A stretch of DNA of 64,000 bases, from the NCBI RefSeq assembly GCF_006345805.1, contig NC_042998.1, positions 51,150,001 to 51,214,000 on the forward strand, in the 5' to 3' direction. Shown here in pieces: positions 37,095 to 50,323 of this stretch. Position 1 is the first letter of the stretch; every line of letters starts with the position of its first letter. This stretch comes from Octopus sinensis (Eukaryota). The notes under the pieces are model-generated. The model did not search any database and was not told the DNA's origin. It worked only from the letters and a program-made list of their open reading frames with translations. A program made the translations under genes and the position numbers.

Positions 37095-40000
37095 GACTAA
37101 ACCATTCAAGGAGATACTCCAGCATGGCCACAGTCCAATGACTGAAACATGTTAAAAATAAAATATAAAAGACAAGTGTCAATCGTTTACCTATCCCAGC
37201 AATAGCAGTAAGTTATAATTAAACTATTACATAATAACAATGGAGGCAGTATCATTACTGAGAAGTAATATTTATCTCCATTTAAACGTGGATGTTCTAT
37301 TAGAACAAACTATACTGTGGTAGATATCATGAGAGAAACTCTCATATTGGCATTCGGTGTAAAATGCACTCGTATTTATATATTGCTAGCAGGGAGATAA
37401 ATCCTTGCCACTTCCAAGGTCAAGACCACCTGATCATGTGATTTCGGTCTTCCTTGGTCTTGTCAATAATAGATAATTAAACCACTAGAGATAGCAGCGA
37501 TTCATCTTCTAGTCAGTGATATAGAGAATAACGGTTGATATATAGAATAACGGTGCCACTGAGCTTGTTAAATTATTTTCAGTTGGATGCTAAGCTGATT
37601 AAGAAGAACAGATAGAAAAGAAACAAATAATAACAATAATGACCACAGAATATACCACCCAAAATCTGGCACAGGAAAAAATATATTTACCACAGATGCA
37701 GCTATGTATCTCCTCAACAGCAAGACACCTGTGCCTATCCATAATCTTGCCTCTCAACACCTTGCATAAGCCACCTTCCGCAATACCACGCCCACATCAA
37801 CCAAGGGGTCTTGTCTTGCAAGCTACAAGGTGACTTTACTCGTGCCAGTGATATAGAAAAGTAACCAGTACACTTATGAAGTAGTTGCTGTTAGAAAGGA
37901 CATCCAACCAGAGAAAATAAGACAAAACAGACATTGGAGTTTGACACAGATTCCTGACCGGTTGGATCTTGTCCAGCCCATAGTAACATGAAATACTGAT
38001 GTTAAATAAAAATGATGATTGAATCATCATCATCATCATCATCATCATCTCCTCCTCCTCCTCCTCCTCCTCATCATCATCATCATCATCATCATCATCT
38101 CCTCCTCCTCCTCCTTATGCAACAAGAAAAATGATTGATAAAACAACAACCGAAGAACTACAAAATTTCTGGCAAAGAATAAAAGAAAATTAGCACAAAT
38201 GATCACAAAAACATTAACAATGGATTAAAAGCAAAGTAAGTTTGATTTTTCCTCTACAGAACCAGTGCTAGCCACTAAACGCTATAAATGATAAAGCAAA
38301 AGTTAGCATTAAGCACAGACTAAGCAATCAGTACCCTGAAATGCTTGACTATGTTATTTCTAACAGTCCAATTCTTGCAAACTCTGAGTATATCTAATAT
38401 AATAAATGTGAATGTCAGTGTGTCAGTGTATCACACTTTTTCAACTTTACTCCTAGAGGCCATAGTTCAACTTATCATACCATTTTGGGATCAGGCTGAC
38501 TCTGCAAGTAAATTAAAAACATTGCAGGTTGAATCCGGACCAGCAATCCTGAAATTTTGGATTCCCAAGTTTTCATGACTGCGATTGTTCCTGATGATTT
38601 TTTTACACAACATTTTGCAGCAAATTTTTTGGGGACAATAATAATTATTTTAATCTAAAGGTTGACTCTGTAAGTAAATTGAAAACATTCTGGGCCAAAT
38701 TCGAACCCGCAATCCTGGAATTGTGGATTCTCAGGTTTTCATTATTGCAATTGTTTCCAGCAATTTTTTTACATGATTTTTTGAGAGAAATTTTTTTTAT
38801 ATAATGACATTTTTTATAACTTTGAAATAAATTCTGGGAATAATTGAAATAAATAGCAAAATCCAGCAATTATTTTCAGCGATTCTTTTACGTGATCTAC
38901 GATGAATATCATCATCATTGGGATATGATTCTGGATGAAGCAATTGCAACAAATTCTCCAAATCAAGTCAGATATCTGTTAGCAGATCTTCCCATTCAGG
39001 TCAGTAGCTTAAAAGCCATTATACTAGCTTAAAAACTACCTGGTAAGGGCAGCTTTTAAGCTAGTCTACAAATATGTTCGAATCAGTAACAATATTCAGA
39101 AAAATGAGAAGTGGCATAAGACATGGAACATGAGCATGCAGAACGGTTTCATTACTCTGCTGGCATCGAAGACAGGCCCAGCCAAAGCACTTTCATGTAG
39201 AGTTTATCTCAAACCAACAATGCTTCCAAAGAGTCATGCTAAACCAGAAATGCCTAAATTCTATCCAAAGTCTTAAAGCCAAAACAACTCTGCAACAGAC
39301 TTCCCAATTGATTCTTATTGATACCTAGAGTTCCTCCAAGATTGTCAGAAATCACTCTCACCTGCCAATAGTTCTCTATAGAATACTAATGTTGAAGCTT
39401 CACCTAGCTAGGTAAAGGTTACCTTCTCGAGTCATGACAATTCATAATGACCAGTTTCCATGGCATGTAAATTCTCCACCTGGACGGGATGCCAGTCCGT
39501 CGCAGCGTTACTCATTTTTTTCAGCTAAGTGGACTGGAGCAATGTTAAATGAAGTGTCCTGCTTAAGAACACAATGCATCACCCAATCCAGGAATTGAAA
39601 CCACAACCTTACGATCATGAGTTCAACACTCTAACCACTAAGCTACACACATCCACAACCTGGTAGAGTACCAGACAATATCAACCATTCCACCAGACAA
39701 GCAATGCACTCAATGGAACTTCAATGCAATGACGGTCAGACGCATGTGAATATTTCTGACAGTATGGTAAGGTTGTATTTTAAATCAGAAATCTTGAGTC
39801 ACTTGCAAAAATAATTCTCAATTTAGTGCCAAATAAATTTACCATAGAAAGTTTTAGGAAGATATATTTTTTTTTTGTCTGAACTAAAAATGGCCTATAA
39901 GCCACTACATAAGTTTTATGTCAGCTGTTAATGATTTCAGATTGTATCCACATAAATACTATTATCTGAAGTCATCTAAAATAAAAGAACATATCAAAAA

Positions 40001-40957
40001 TCTTACAAGCTCAAAGTAAATGTAATGGCTATAAAATTTCTAATTTATCATGTCAGCACAAGCTGGAAGATTTTTTTATTCCTTGGCTTTTACTTTCCGT
40101 TTCATCTAATTCTCTTTATACCTTCTTATTTTTAAATCTCTTCTAGTTTTTCTTCACAAATTTCTAATCATTTTAATTTCTCACTTTTGTTCTTTCCCCA
40201 TAATAAATATGCCACTTCGTGTTTTTTTTAATATTTTTTTTATTTCTTATATATTCTAAGTTGTCTATCAGACATTTCTAACTATATAGATAGTTAAAGT
40301 GGAAGAAAATATAGAGAATGAGGACAAGGAAGAGAGAGAGAGAGAGGAGGTGGAAGAGAAAAGGAGACAGAGATAAACTATTGAAGCTCTTGCTGCTTAA
40401 CTTTGATGATCAGGTAGAAATCAATATTTTCTACAAGATAAATGAAAATAGAGGTGCATGGATGAATGAATAAGAATTCCAGGTCTGATCCTGCTATGAG
40501 CCTCAAGTCAATCCAAGACATACAAAGGAAATTTGGCAAGCAAAAATTAAGTGCATATTCATTGGTTATTTCTACACTAAATACTACATATTAACCTTCA
40601 GAAGAAGGATGAATTAATTTATCCATAATACATGGTTTCAAAATAGCACTGAAGTCGATCTAATTGCAAATTCTCTCAGCAGTAAACCATCACTGTTGAT
40701 GGGATCATCTAGGATTTATAGTGACCCTTTAGGTCTCCTTATCAATTGCAATGATCTGAATTGCTCTGTTGAGCTCCACCTCACTACATCATGTACGAAC
40801 AGGAACAATAATTTAAACTTTTCACTGCTGCCACTGCTACTACCACTGACACCACTGCCACCACCACCACCACCATATATATGTATATATATGAATATAT
40901 ATATGTATGTGTATATATATACAGGGAGAGAGCGAGAAAGAGACAGAGAGAGAGAGA

Positions 40958-41786
40958 AGGTATAGTGAATATATTATCATTTAAATGATATCTCATTTTA
41001 GCTAATACATTTACACAAATTACATAAAGATATCTTGAAATACTAAAGAGTAAATTTATTCAATAAAATTGCCATTGGTTTCAATAATGACCTCCAGACA
41101 ACTTTGGAATCTCCTGTAACTCTTCTGGATGGTCTCCTTGTTTAAGTTGGTGAATGCTGCCATAATCCTGGCCTTCAGTTTATCTTTGGTGTCACAAGAA
41201 GTTTTGTTGGTCTCTCACTCAGCTGTTCCCCACACATAACAATCAAGGGGGTTGCAGTCTGGGGAGTTAGGTGGCCAGATGTTAGGGGTGGTGTGGTCAC
41301 AGAAATTGCCTGACAGCCATGACTGGGTTCTCCTGCTTGTGTGGCATAGTGCCGAGTCCTCTTACCAGACATAGGGTCTTTCAGCAACCACCATCTTGAC
41401 CCAAGGCAGCACTACCTTCTCCAGACACTTAATATAGACCTCCATGTTTAGTGTGAGGCTGTGTGAGAAGATGAATGGAGGCATAACATCGCAATCACTA
41501 ATGATCACTCTCAGTACATGTTTTGGGGATACAGCAAGCCAATGGTTGTTCTGTGTGTTCACCATCAGTTCATATTGGTGCTTCCAGCATGAATGCTAAA
41601 CAGTACAACATGTCCAACATGTCATTTCCAAATTTCTGGCTGAGTAGATTGTCATGGTACTGTTTTTCTCACAGATGGTGCCCAACTGACCCTACTATAC
41701 TGTATAGTCAACAAAATCAAAAATAATGAATGTGCATGCACGAAATTAAAAATATAAAATGGTGACAATTTGCCCATTGCACCCTA
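40958..41786 (-). mobile_element. maT/ITmD37D internally deleted transposon (copy 2)
   Basis: EDSALCH...WPPNSPDCNPLD has 37 residues between the last two catalytic Asp. Degenerate TIRs at both ends. Confidence 0.85.
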
Positions 41787-42120
41787 TCAATAATATTAAA
41801 AGAACAAAATTAATTAATTAATTAATAATTAATAATTTTACCAAGTAGTCAGTACATTAAAAATAACCGTTTTAGGTAAAATTATACAAATATTCTATAA
41901 TTATATACATAATTATACTCAAGGGGTCAGCTAATAGCTTCGCCATGCACTGATTTTAGAAATAGGAGCTAAATGCCTTTTCTACTACCATAAAGATCTC
42001 CCAGACAGTAACACACTTTTTTACATAGGCAAAAAGAAAAAATAATGAATCCATACAACTTGGATTAGCTACATACATGTTTCGATATTAAAGATATTTG
42101 TATATATATATATATACACA

Positions 42121-43365
42121 CATGGTGTAACAAGTAAATTGAAACAAGTTTCAAATGGGTATATTTCTAATTGTACAGATTTTGTTGGAGTCTAAATTTT
42201 AAACATTACCAGCATGAATAAGCACTCGTATTATTTTCTATCTCTGACTGAACAAATTATGAATGGTAATAATGAATTAAACCGTGGAAGTGTAATTGCC
42301 AAATTATTCCATGCCAGTAAAAGTGCTGGGAAATTGTTAGAGCCACAAAGGAGCCAAATCTATTGTTTTTAGAGTTGCAACCAATTTAGAGAAACGTCAG
42401 GTTGTTCAGAGAAAATCTCACAATCTTTGCAGTGACCAAAAATGCATACCTTGCTTCTTAGCAGAACTTGCAAGATCGATTGAGTCAAGCCCATCAAAAC
42501 CGATGGTGAAGTTGGCTCAAGATTGAGGAATCAGTAAAATGACCATTTCTGGGACTGTGAGACAAGACCTCCATATGAAATTGTACATGAGCAGACATCA
42601 TAACATCCTAACTACCTGCTCCAAAGCCATTCAAACTGAAAGAAGTCCCAAATTTCTTAGTCATCTGAAACATCGTGGTGGAATCGTCCGCATCTTCATG
42701 GATGAAAAGAAGTTCACGGTAGATGAAGTTGCAAACTATCGAAACTCACGAGTGATAATGTACAACCCTTCCCTAGTTCCTTCAGCTATGCATAGCAAGA
42801 ATCTATGTTTCATTATGGTCTTTGGAGCTGTTGTAAGTAATGGGAATTTGCTACCTCTACATTTTATTGAAGCGAGTCTTAAAATCAACATAGGAGACTA
42901 TCTCAAAATCTTAGAAGTTTTGTTGCCTTGGATCACGAAGCATTATGATGGAAGTCATGTCATGTTTGTACAGGACACTCAACACCTACTCATTCTTCGA
43001 AAAGAAAGCAAGAATTTCTGAAGAAGGAATTGTTCGTCCCAAAAGATATCTGGCCCTCTAGCTCACCAGATTTGAATCTGTGTGATTTTTGGCTACGGAG
43101 CACAGTTGAAGCAATATCTAATGCAACTTCACATTACTGTGTATCTTCACTGATGGCTTCAATCAAGCAAGCATTCAGTAAAATGAGAAAGAAAGAAATA
43201 GTTAAGGCATGCGTATCATTTCATTAACAGACTGAACTGGAATAAGTGGTAAACATGCCACAATAAATTGGCATAAACATAAAATTTGCAGTGTTTGATT
43301 TTTTTCAAGTTATACCAATTATAATTAAGATATTTAAATGATCCCAATTTACCTGTTACACCCTG
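42121..43365 (+). mobile_element. Near full-length maT/DD37D-like transposon of a second family; transposase pseudogenised
   Basis: TIR CA(T/G)GGTGTAACA(A/G)GTAAATTG and a 3' TA. ORF pieces give FMDEKKFTVD, MVFGAV, FVQD and WPSSSPDLNLCDFW. A frameshift prevents an exact spacing count. Confidence 0.85.
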
Positions 43366-43416
43366 TATGTATATATATATATATATAATATATATATATA
43401 TATAGATATATATATA

Positions 43417-43457
<41 letters not shown>

Positions 43458-43475
43458 CATACATAATATATATAC

Positions 43476-43512
<37 letters not shown>

Positions 43513-43540
43513 TACATACATACATATACATACATACATA

Positions 43541-43576
<36 letters not shown>

Positions 43577-43603
43577 TATACATACATACATAAATATATA
43601 TAC

Positions 43604-43634
<31 letters not shown>

Positions 43635-43676
43635 ATATATATACATACATATATACATAAATACATACATACATAT

Positions 43677-43749
<73 letters not shown>

Positions 43750-44127
43750 CATACATATACATACATATATACATCATCATCATCATTTAACGTCCGTTTT
43801 CCATGCTAGCATGGGTTGGACGGTTCGACCGGGGTCTGGTAAGCCATGGAGGCTGCACCAGACTCCAGTTTGATTTGGCAGTGTTTCTACAGCTGGATGC
43901 CCTTCCTAACGCCAACCACTCTGTGAGTGGGTGTTTTTTACGTGCCACCGGCACAGGAGCCAGCGCAGGCTGGCAAACGGCCAAGATCGGTTGGTGTTTT
44001 TACATGACACGGACACCAGTCAGGTGACGCTGGTAACTGCTACACTTGAACGGTGCTTTTACGTGTCACCAGCACTGGTGTCTTAACTACAATTACCATT
44101 CGAATTTTTTATGTTGACGGAGAAAAA

Positions 44128-44372
44128 AGGAGGCAGTCAGAAATTTGGATAATTCTTTATTATTAGCACTTTTGTTTGTTTAAACGAACTCTTCACGATA
44201 AGAATTAAAATCAAAATTATAACAATAAAAATAGAACGTTTCCTTCTTTTATTATGTTATGTTTCTTGCTTTGTTCTTTTATGGATGTTTTTTGCTTTGT
44301 TTAGATGAGAAGAAAATATTTTTGTTGTTTTTATTTTGGAGAAAGGGAGGAAAAGCAAAGAGGGGGAGAAAT

Positions 44373-44418
<46 letters not shown>

Positions 44419-45489
44419 TAGTCTCTTTTCAATTACATTGTTTTGGAGACAAGAGAGGAAAAAGATAAAAATCACGTTATTAAAATTGGAACTACATTCA
44501 GAAATAACAGTAACAGTGTAATATAAATGTTTCCTCTTCAATTATCATCATTACTGTTAATTAAGAAAATAGTAAAATGACCGTGGACACTCTGACTGAT
44601 GAAATCCTCTTACAAAACAGTAGATACTAGCCAAAAATTTTCAAAAAACACCTCACAGGGGCAAAATTCACATCAGAGAATGAATCAGAATTCTCCATAA
44701 AAGAATGTAGAGATAGCAGATGTGGAACATGCAATAACAACAACAGCATCAAATATTTAGAAAGTGGTTCCTACATAAAGTTTAAGAGCGTATTCTCATT
44801 CAAAGTAAATGCAGATATTAACTGCAAAACACAGAATCTCATATACTGTATTACTTGCCCCAGTTGCAGAGAATTATATTAATGAAACAAACAATTCCCT
44901 TTGCAAGAGTCCACATCCGACAAGAGGAACTACACAAGATTCCACTGAGAAAGCATCTAGAAATATGCGGTGAAGGAAAATTCAAAATCTTCCCTTTTTA
45001 CAAATGTTCAAGAGATGACCCAAAGTTCTAAACAGGAATGGAGCTACATTTCATCAAAAAATTCTCTCCAAAATTAAATGTTTGAAAGAGAAGCCAAGGA
45101 ACTATGTTTTGCCAAATGGACTAGAAATGAAACAGAGACAATATGCATTAACACCCCTTCAAATGAAACAAACTATGAACACCGCAAATACTGTGCCCAG
45201 CTAATACGACTGCAGAGAAATAATGCAAATGAATGCTCTAATGAATGTTATATTGCTGTCTGACAATATTCACATACCATGCAGGGTGACATTAATATAT
45301 GCTAGATAGCTTTGGTGTCCACCAAGAGAGCTTCTTCATGGCAAAAAACAAATAAAAAAACGTCACATAACAGAACAAGGAAACTCTGATTTTATTGTTA
45401 TCATTTTGATTTTAATTCTTATCTTGAGTTCGTTTAACAGAACAAAAGCGCTAATAATAAAGAATTATTCAAAATTCTGACTGCTTCCT
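44128..45489 (+). mobile_element. 5'-truncated Penelope-like retroelement (Neptune-like) with degenerate GIY-YIG endonuclease and inverted pLTR
   Basis: About 44640-45085 translates (with breaks) to KECRDSRCGTC...INCKTQNLIYCITCPSCRELY..ETNNSL...HLEICG...ELHFIKKFSPKLN. Segment 44128-44262 is an inverted copy of 45360-45489, and both contain a decayed hammerhead. Confidence 0.8.
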
Positions 45490-45525
45490 GCACACAACTT
45501 CAAACACTCTGTACATGTATACTTA

Positions 45526-46392
45526 CAGAGTGTGATGGATAAATTGTCACCATGTTATATTTTTAATTTCATGCATGTGCTTTGTTTGTTTTTGATTTTG
45601 TTGACTATACAGTATAGTAGGGTCAGTTGGACACCGTCTGTAAGAAAAACATTACCATGATTCAATTCTCTCTGCCAGAAATTTGGAAATGATATGCTGT
45701 ACTGCTTGGCATTTGTGCCAGAAGCTCCAATACGAACTGATGGTGAACACACAGAACAACCATTGGCTTGCTGTGTCCCCAAAACATGTACCAAGAGTGA
45801 TAAAAATCAAACATGGCGTGATCACCAGTGATGGCAACATTATTCCTCCATTCATCTTCCTACATGGCCTCAGACTCCACATGGAAGACAACATCAAGTG
45901 CCTGGAGAAAGTAGTGCTGTCTTGGGTCAAGACAGTGGTTGCTAGAAGACTCTATGACTGGCAGCAGGATTCTGCCACCATGCCACACAAGCAGGAGAAC
46001 CCAGTCATGGCTGTCAGACAATTTCTGCGGCTACATCACATCTAACATCTGGCTACCTAACTCCTCAGACTGCAACCCTCTTGATTATGTGTGGGGTGCA
46101 ATTGCGTGAGAGACCAACAAAACTCCTTATAACACCAAAGATGAACTGAAGGCAAGGATCATGGCAGCATTCACCAATTTAAACAAAGGAAACCATCCAG
46201 AAGAATTGTAGGAGATTCCAAAGTTGTCTGGAGGTCATGGTTGAAACCAATGGCAGTTTTATTGAATAAATTTACTCTTTAGTATTTCAAGATATCTTTA
46301 TGTAATTTGGGTAAATGTATCAGCTAAAATGAGATATCAGTGTTATTTTCATTTTTGCGTAATTTAGATGACAATATATTCACCACATCTTG
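45526..46392 (+). mobile_element. maT/ITmD37D internally deleted transposon (copy 3)
   Basis: TA-CAGAGTGTGATGGATAAATTGTCAC ... TGACAATATATTCACCACATCTTG-TA. QQDSA and SSDCNPLDY motifs, frameshifted. Confidence 0.85.
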
Positions 46393-46410
46393 TATATATA
46401 TATATATATA

Positions 46411-47268
46411 ATTCATAAATAAGGGCAAAGGAAAAGAATTCTAATGCCAAATATGCCGAAAAATTGGACATATTGTCCATTAACCAAATAATTTTTTCAC
46501 AAAACGCATGCTACTCGAAAAGAGGTTGACAGAAATTTCTAAAAAATTCCATTATTACCATATCGGACCGATTTCAGAGTTAGCTACTAAGAGCTCTCTC
46601 TTCGTCAGTGATACATGTGGTAAAAGAAATAAATGAGATACTTACTCACACCCATGGAAGAAGCAAATACTAAGTCATGGGCACAACTAAGTACCCCAAA
46701 TACATCCAAAATAGAAATACTCCAGCCCATTCGAGGCACGTGCGATTTGAACTGAGGCTCTCATAGAGTGAGTTAGTTAGTTCGGAAGTGAACGCTTAAA
46801 TTTATATCAAATTGAGGATAAGATTCTTTTCGGAAAAAAAATTATTTTCTCGAAAAAAATTTTATCACTGGCCAGCATATTAAAAGATACCTTTAAAGGT
46901 TAAATTTATAAACAATTCATAAATGAGGGCAAAGGAAAAGAATTCTAATGCCAAATATGCCGAAAAATTGGACGAGAGGGCTCTTACTAGCTAACTCTGA
47001 AATCGGTCCGATATGGTAATAATGGAATTTTTTAGAAATTTCTGTCAACCTCTTTTCGAGTAGTGTGCGTATTGTGAAAAAATTATATGGTTAATGGACA
47101 ATATGTCCAATTTTTCGGCATATTTGGCATTAGAATTCTTTTCCTTTGCCCTCATTTATGAATTGTTTATAAATTTAACCGTTAAAGGTATCTTTTAATA
47201 TGCTGGCTATTGATAAAATTTTTTTCGAGAAAATAATTTTCTTTCGAAAAGAATCTTATCCTCACATT

Positions 47269-47272
<4 letters not shown>
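46411..47272. mobile_element. Non-coding PLE-related / retrozyme-like insertion: about 1.1 units of a 504-bp repeat (minus) plus an inverted ~300-bp copy (plus)
   Basis: attcataaat.agggcaaagg recurs at 46411 and 46915. Segment 46971-47272 is the reverse complement of 46411-46600 continuing into 46805-46915. It contains a hammerhead and is flanked by (TA)n on both sides. Confidence 0.8.
46555..46614 (-). ncRNA. Minimal type-I hammerhead ribozyme (intact core)
   Basis: Minus strand reads GUAUCA-CUGACGA-AGAG(loop)CUCU-GAAA-UCGG-U-CCGA-UA|UGGUAA. Stems I, II and III all pair. Predicted cut is between 46561 and 46560. Confidence 0.8.
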
Positions 47273-47303
<31 letters not shown>

Positions 47304-47304
<1 letters not shown>

Positions 47305-48040
47305 TTTTCAATGAGTCACAGTGGTAAAGGCTCTATCATGTTTTGGGGTACTTTCTCATACAAAGGAATTAGGGAAATTCAGGTTGCATGGGGGCATCAA
47401 ACAGCAACTGGCTGTTGGCATGTCGGAGCGGGTATCACTCTGGACTGAAGGCCGTCATTTGTGTGGGGAAGGCTGGATTTATCAACAGAATAATGCTACA
47501 ATCCATAAAGCTCATAGGCCAAAGGATTTCTTCAGAACAAAAAACGTTCATCTTTTGAATCATTCTCTATGTTCTCCTGACCTAAACCTCATCTTTGAGG
47601 ATGGATGGCAAAAGACATTTACAAAAGTGGAATGCAATTTGAGACGGCAGGTGCTCTTTGCCAGGCAATCTTCACCGCATGGCATAACATTCTGGACAAC
47701 CTCCTGCAAATGCTTGTGTCAAGTATTCCACAGGGAATTTTTAAAGTTATTTGCAGGAATGGGGGAGCTACTGACTATTGAGTCCCCTTGTTAACTATTT
47801 ATTCATTATTTTCATTTTTATTATTTATCATGGTTTTAAACTTCTGACCAGGCAAAATATTGTTAGTTTTCATACAATGCATATTTTGTGCCTTAAATGT
47901 TAAACATTTGTTTAAGTTTTCATATATGTTTTTCTATTTGCCAATAATGAATCTATAATGAAAAATAGTTAAATGTGTCAGTCTACAAGGAGTTAATTTC
48001 AGCAGCTTTTTCACTGGTCTTAAGATATTGTCCAGCAGTG
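47304..48040 (+). mobile_element. Tc1-like transposon 3' relic
   Basis: WIYQQNNATIH...CSPDLNL motifs in ORF 47321-47794. Ends ...TTGTCCAGCAGTG, like a Tc1 TIR. Confidence 0.7.
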
Positions 48041-48358
48041 TGTGTGTGTGTGTGTGCGCACAATGAGTTTCTTTCAGTCTATGCCAAATCCACTCACAAG
48101 GTTCTCATTGGCCCAGGATTATTGTAGAAGACACTTGCCCAAGTTGGCATCTCAAAAAAAATGTGATAATTGCAATCAAACACCTTTCATTATAGGGCTA
48201 AGCAATCTGGGCTGATCTAGGACATAAACAACAAAACCAACTACTACTACTACTACTACTACTACTAGTCCAACCCATGCTAGCATGGAAAGCGGACGTC
48301 AAACGATGATGATGATGATGATTACTACTACAACTACTACTACTACTACTACTACTAC

Positions 48359-48391
<33 letters not shown>

Positions 48392-49641
48392 TAATAATAA
48401 CAACAACAACAATAATAATAATAATAATAATGCTACCACCACTACTAATACTAAGAAGGTACCATTATGTGGCTGTTCAACCTGCTAGAAGTAGCTAGTT
48501 GCCAAATTCTGGCATCTCGGAAAACTGAAGATAAAAAAAAAAAGAAAATGTGATAATCACAGACAAAGAAACACCTTTCATCGCAGGTTTGCACAATCAA
48601 GACTGATCAAGGAGATAAACAACAACAACTGCAACTACTACTGCTGCTTTATTGTGGCCCCGAGCAAGATGCATAACTCTGCATGCTCAAGTCTTCCTGT
48701 CTGACATAATCAAAGTTTCCGATCCACACAATCTCCACTTTAACAGATGAGTGGTTAGCAGTAAGGAGAGCAACAAGCTGTAAAATTAATTGCTCCAAAA
48801 ATAATCATCACAACTGTCGCAAAAAAAAATACATCAAGTGAAATAGTGTAAAACAAGCCAAAAAAAAGATGGAATGAATTGTTAATAAAAATGGAAAGTT
48901 ATGAACATAGTTTTCTTTGTTTTTATTTTTGGGTTTTTTCCTTAATGTTTTTTAGTTAAAATCACAATTTTTATTTAATTAGGTACACAGTCACAAGATA
49001 TCATGATGGAGCATTTCTACACATAAACACAAACAAACATAAACACAGGTGTTCATACAAACACAGAAGCATTAATTCACACACACACATTCTCAAGTGC
49101 ATTCTTACACATTCACTCACACACAAGCACACACACACGTGCGTGCGCACACACACACACATGCGTGCGCACACACTCACACACACACACAGATTCTTCC
49201 CTACTAAACATAACAATTAGGCTTATTTTATTGTAAGCCAATAAAGAAGCATCTACATAGTGAATTGACTTGCTAGTAATAGAAACCAAATTCATTGCTA
49301 AAATACCTTCAATTCTATGTCCATTCCATTGGGGAAGAAACTGGGTCTAAACATTTACTGTAATGTATGCTGAAGAAGCTTCCACTTGTCATTTAACCTG
49401 CTAAAGACAGTAGCTAAACTTCCTTCAAACTACATCCTATTTTTTTTTCTTCAAGAAAATAAAGTATCCTTTGCAACCATGTGGTTTTAGGTTCAGTCCC
49501 AATGCATGGAACCTTGGGCAAGTGTTTTCTACTGTAGCTCCAGGCTGACCAATGCCTTGTGAGTGAATTTGGTAGAGGGAAACTGCATGGAAACCCATCA
49601 TATATGTACATATATACATATATATATATGATATGATATAA

Positions 49642-49680
<39 letters not shown>

Positions 49681-49681
<1 letters not shown>

Positions 49682-50241
49682 AGACATGTTGGGGCAAGCG
49701 AAATTCGAATCGAACCAGCCAGGTTCCCTGGTCTGGTGGTACATAAAAAGCACTATCCGACTCGTGGCCGATGCCAGTGCCGCCTCCACTGGCTTCCGTG
49801 CCGGTGGCACGTAAAATACACCAATCTGACCGTACAACAGGCACCCATGCCAACCCCCTTGCTTGCGAAGACATGTTGGGGCAAGCGAAATCGAAATCGA
49901 ATTGAACCAGCCAGGATCCCTGGTCTGGTGGTACGTAAAAAGCACCATCCGACTCGTGGCCGATGCCAGCACCGCCTCGTCTGGCTTCCGTGCCGGTGGC
50001 ACATAAAATACACCAATCCGACCGTGGCCGTTGCCAGCCTTGCCTGGCACCTGTGCAGGTGGCACGTAAAAAGCACCCACTACACTCACGGAGTGGTTGG
50101 CGTTAGGAAGGGCATCCAGCTGTAGAAACACTGCCAGATAAGACTGGAGCCTGGTGCAGCCTTCTGGCTTCCCAGATCCCCGGTCGAACCGTCCAACCCA
50201 TGCTAGCATGGAGAACGGACGTTAAACGACGATGATGATGA
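49681..50241 (+). mobile_element. Retroposon family C with (GAT)n tail and tandem GC-rich 5' subrepeats. Other copies at about 3931-4169, 17745-17915, 25850-26050, 37835-38040, 43773-44085, 54925-55107, 59820-60119, 63135-63272
   Basis: Shared GGTTGGCGTTAGGAAGGGCATCCAGCTGTAGAAA ... CATGGAAAGCGGACGTTAAACGATGATG. Internal duplication of about 188 bp at 49681/49869. Confidence 0.8.
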
Positions 50242-50255
50242 TATATATATATATA

Positions 50256-50318
<63 letters not shown>

Positions 50319-50323
50319 CAAAA

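Noticed and set aside
37293-37610. Possible solo LTR (TGTTCT...AGAACA)
   Set aside because: No target-site duplication or second copy.
44596-44610. CTGATGA motif
   Set aside because: It falls in the PLE coding remnant and has no downstream stem II-GAAA-stem III.
49681-50075. CRISPR-like repeat-spacer pattern
   Set aside because: The spacers are homologous to each other, the context is a eukaryotic retroposon, and there are no cas genes.
49598-50209. 203-aa ORF with internal repeats
   Set aside because: It lies entirely in family-C repeat units, antisense to the element.
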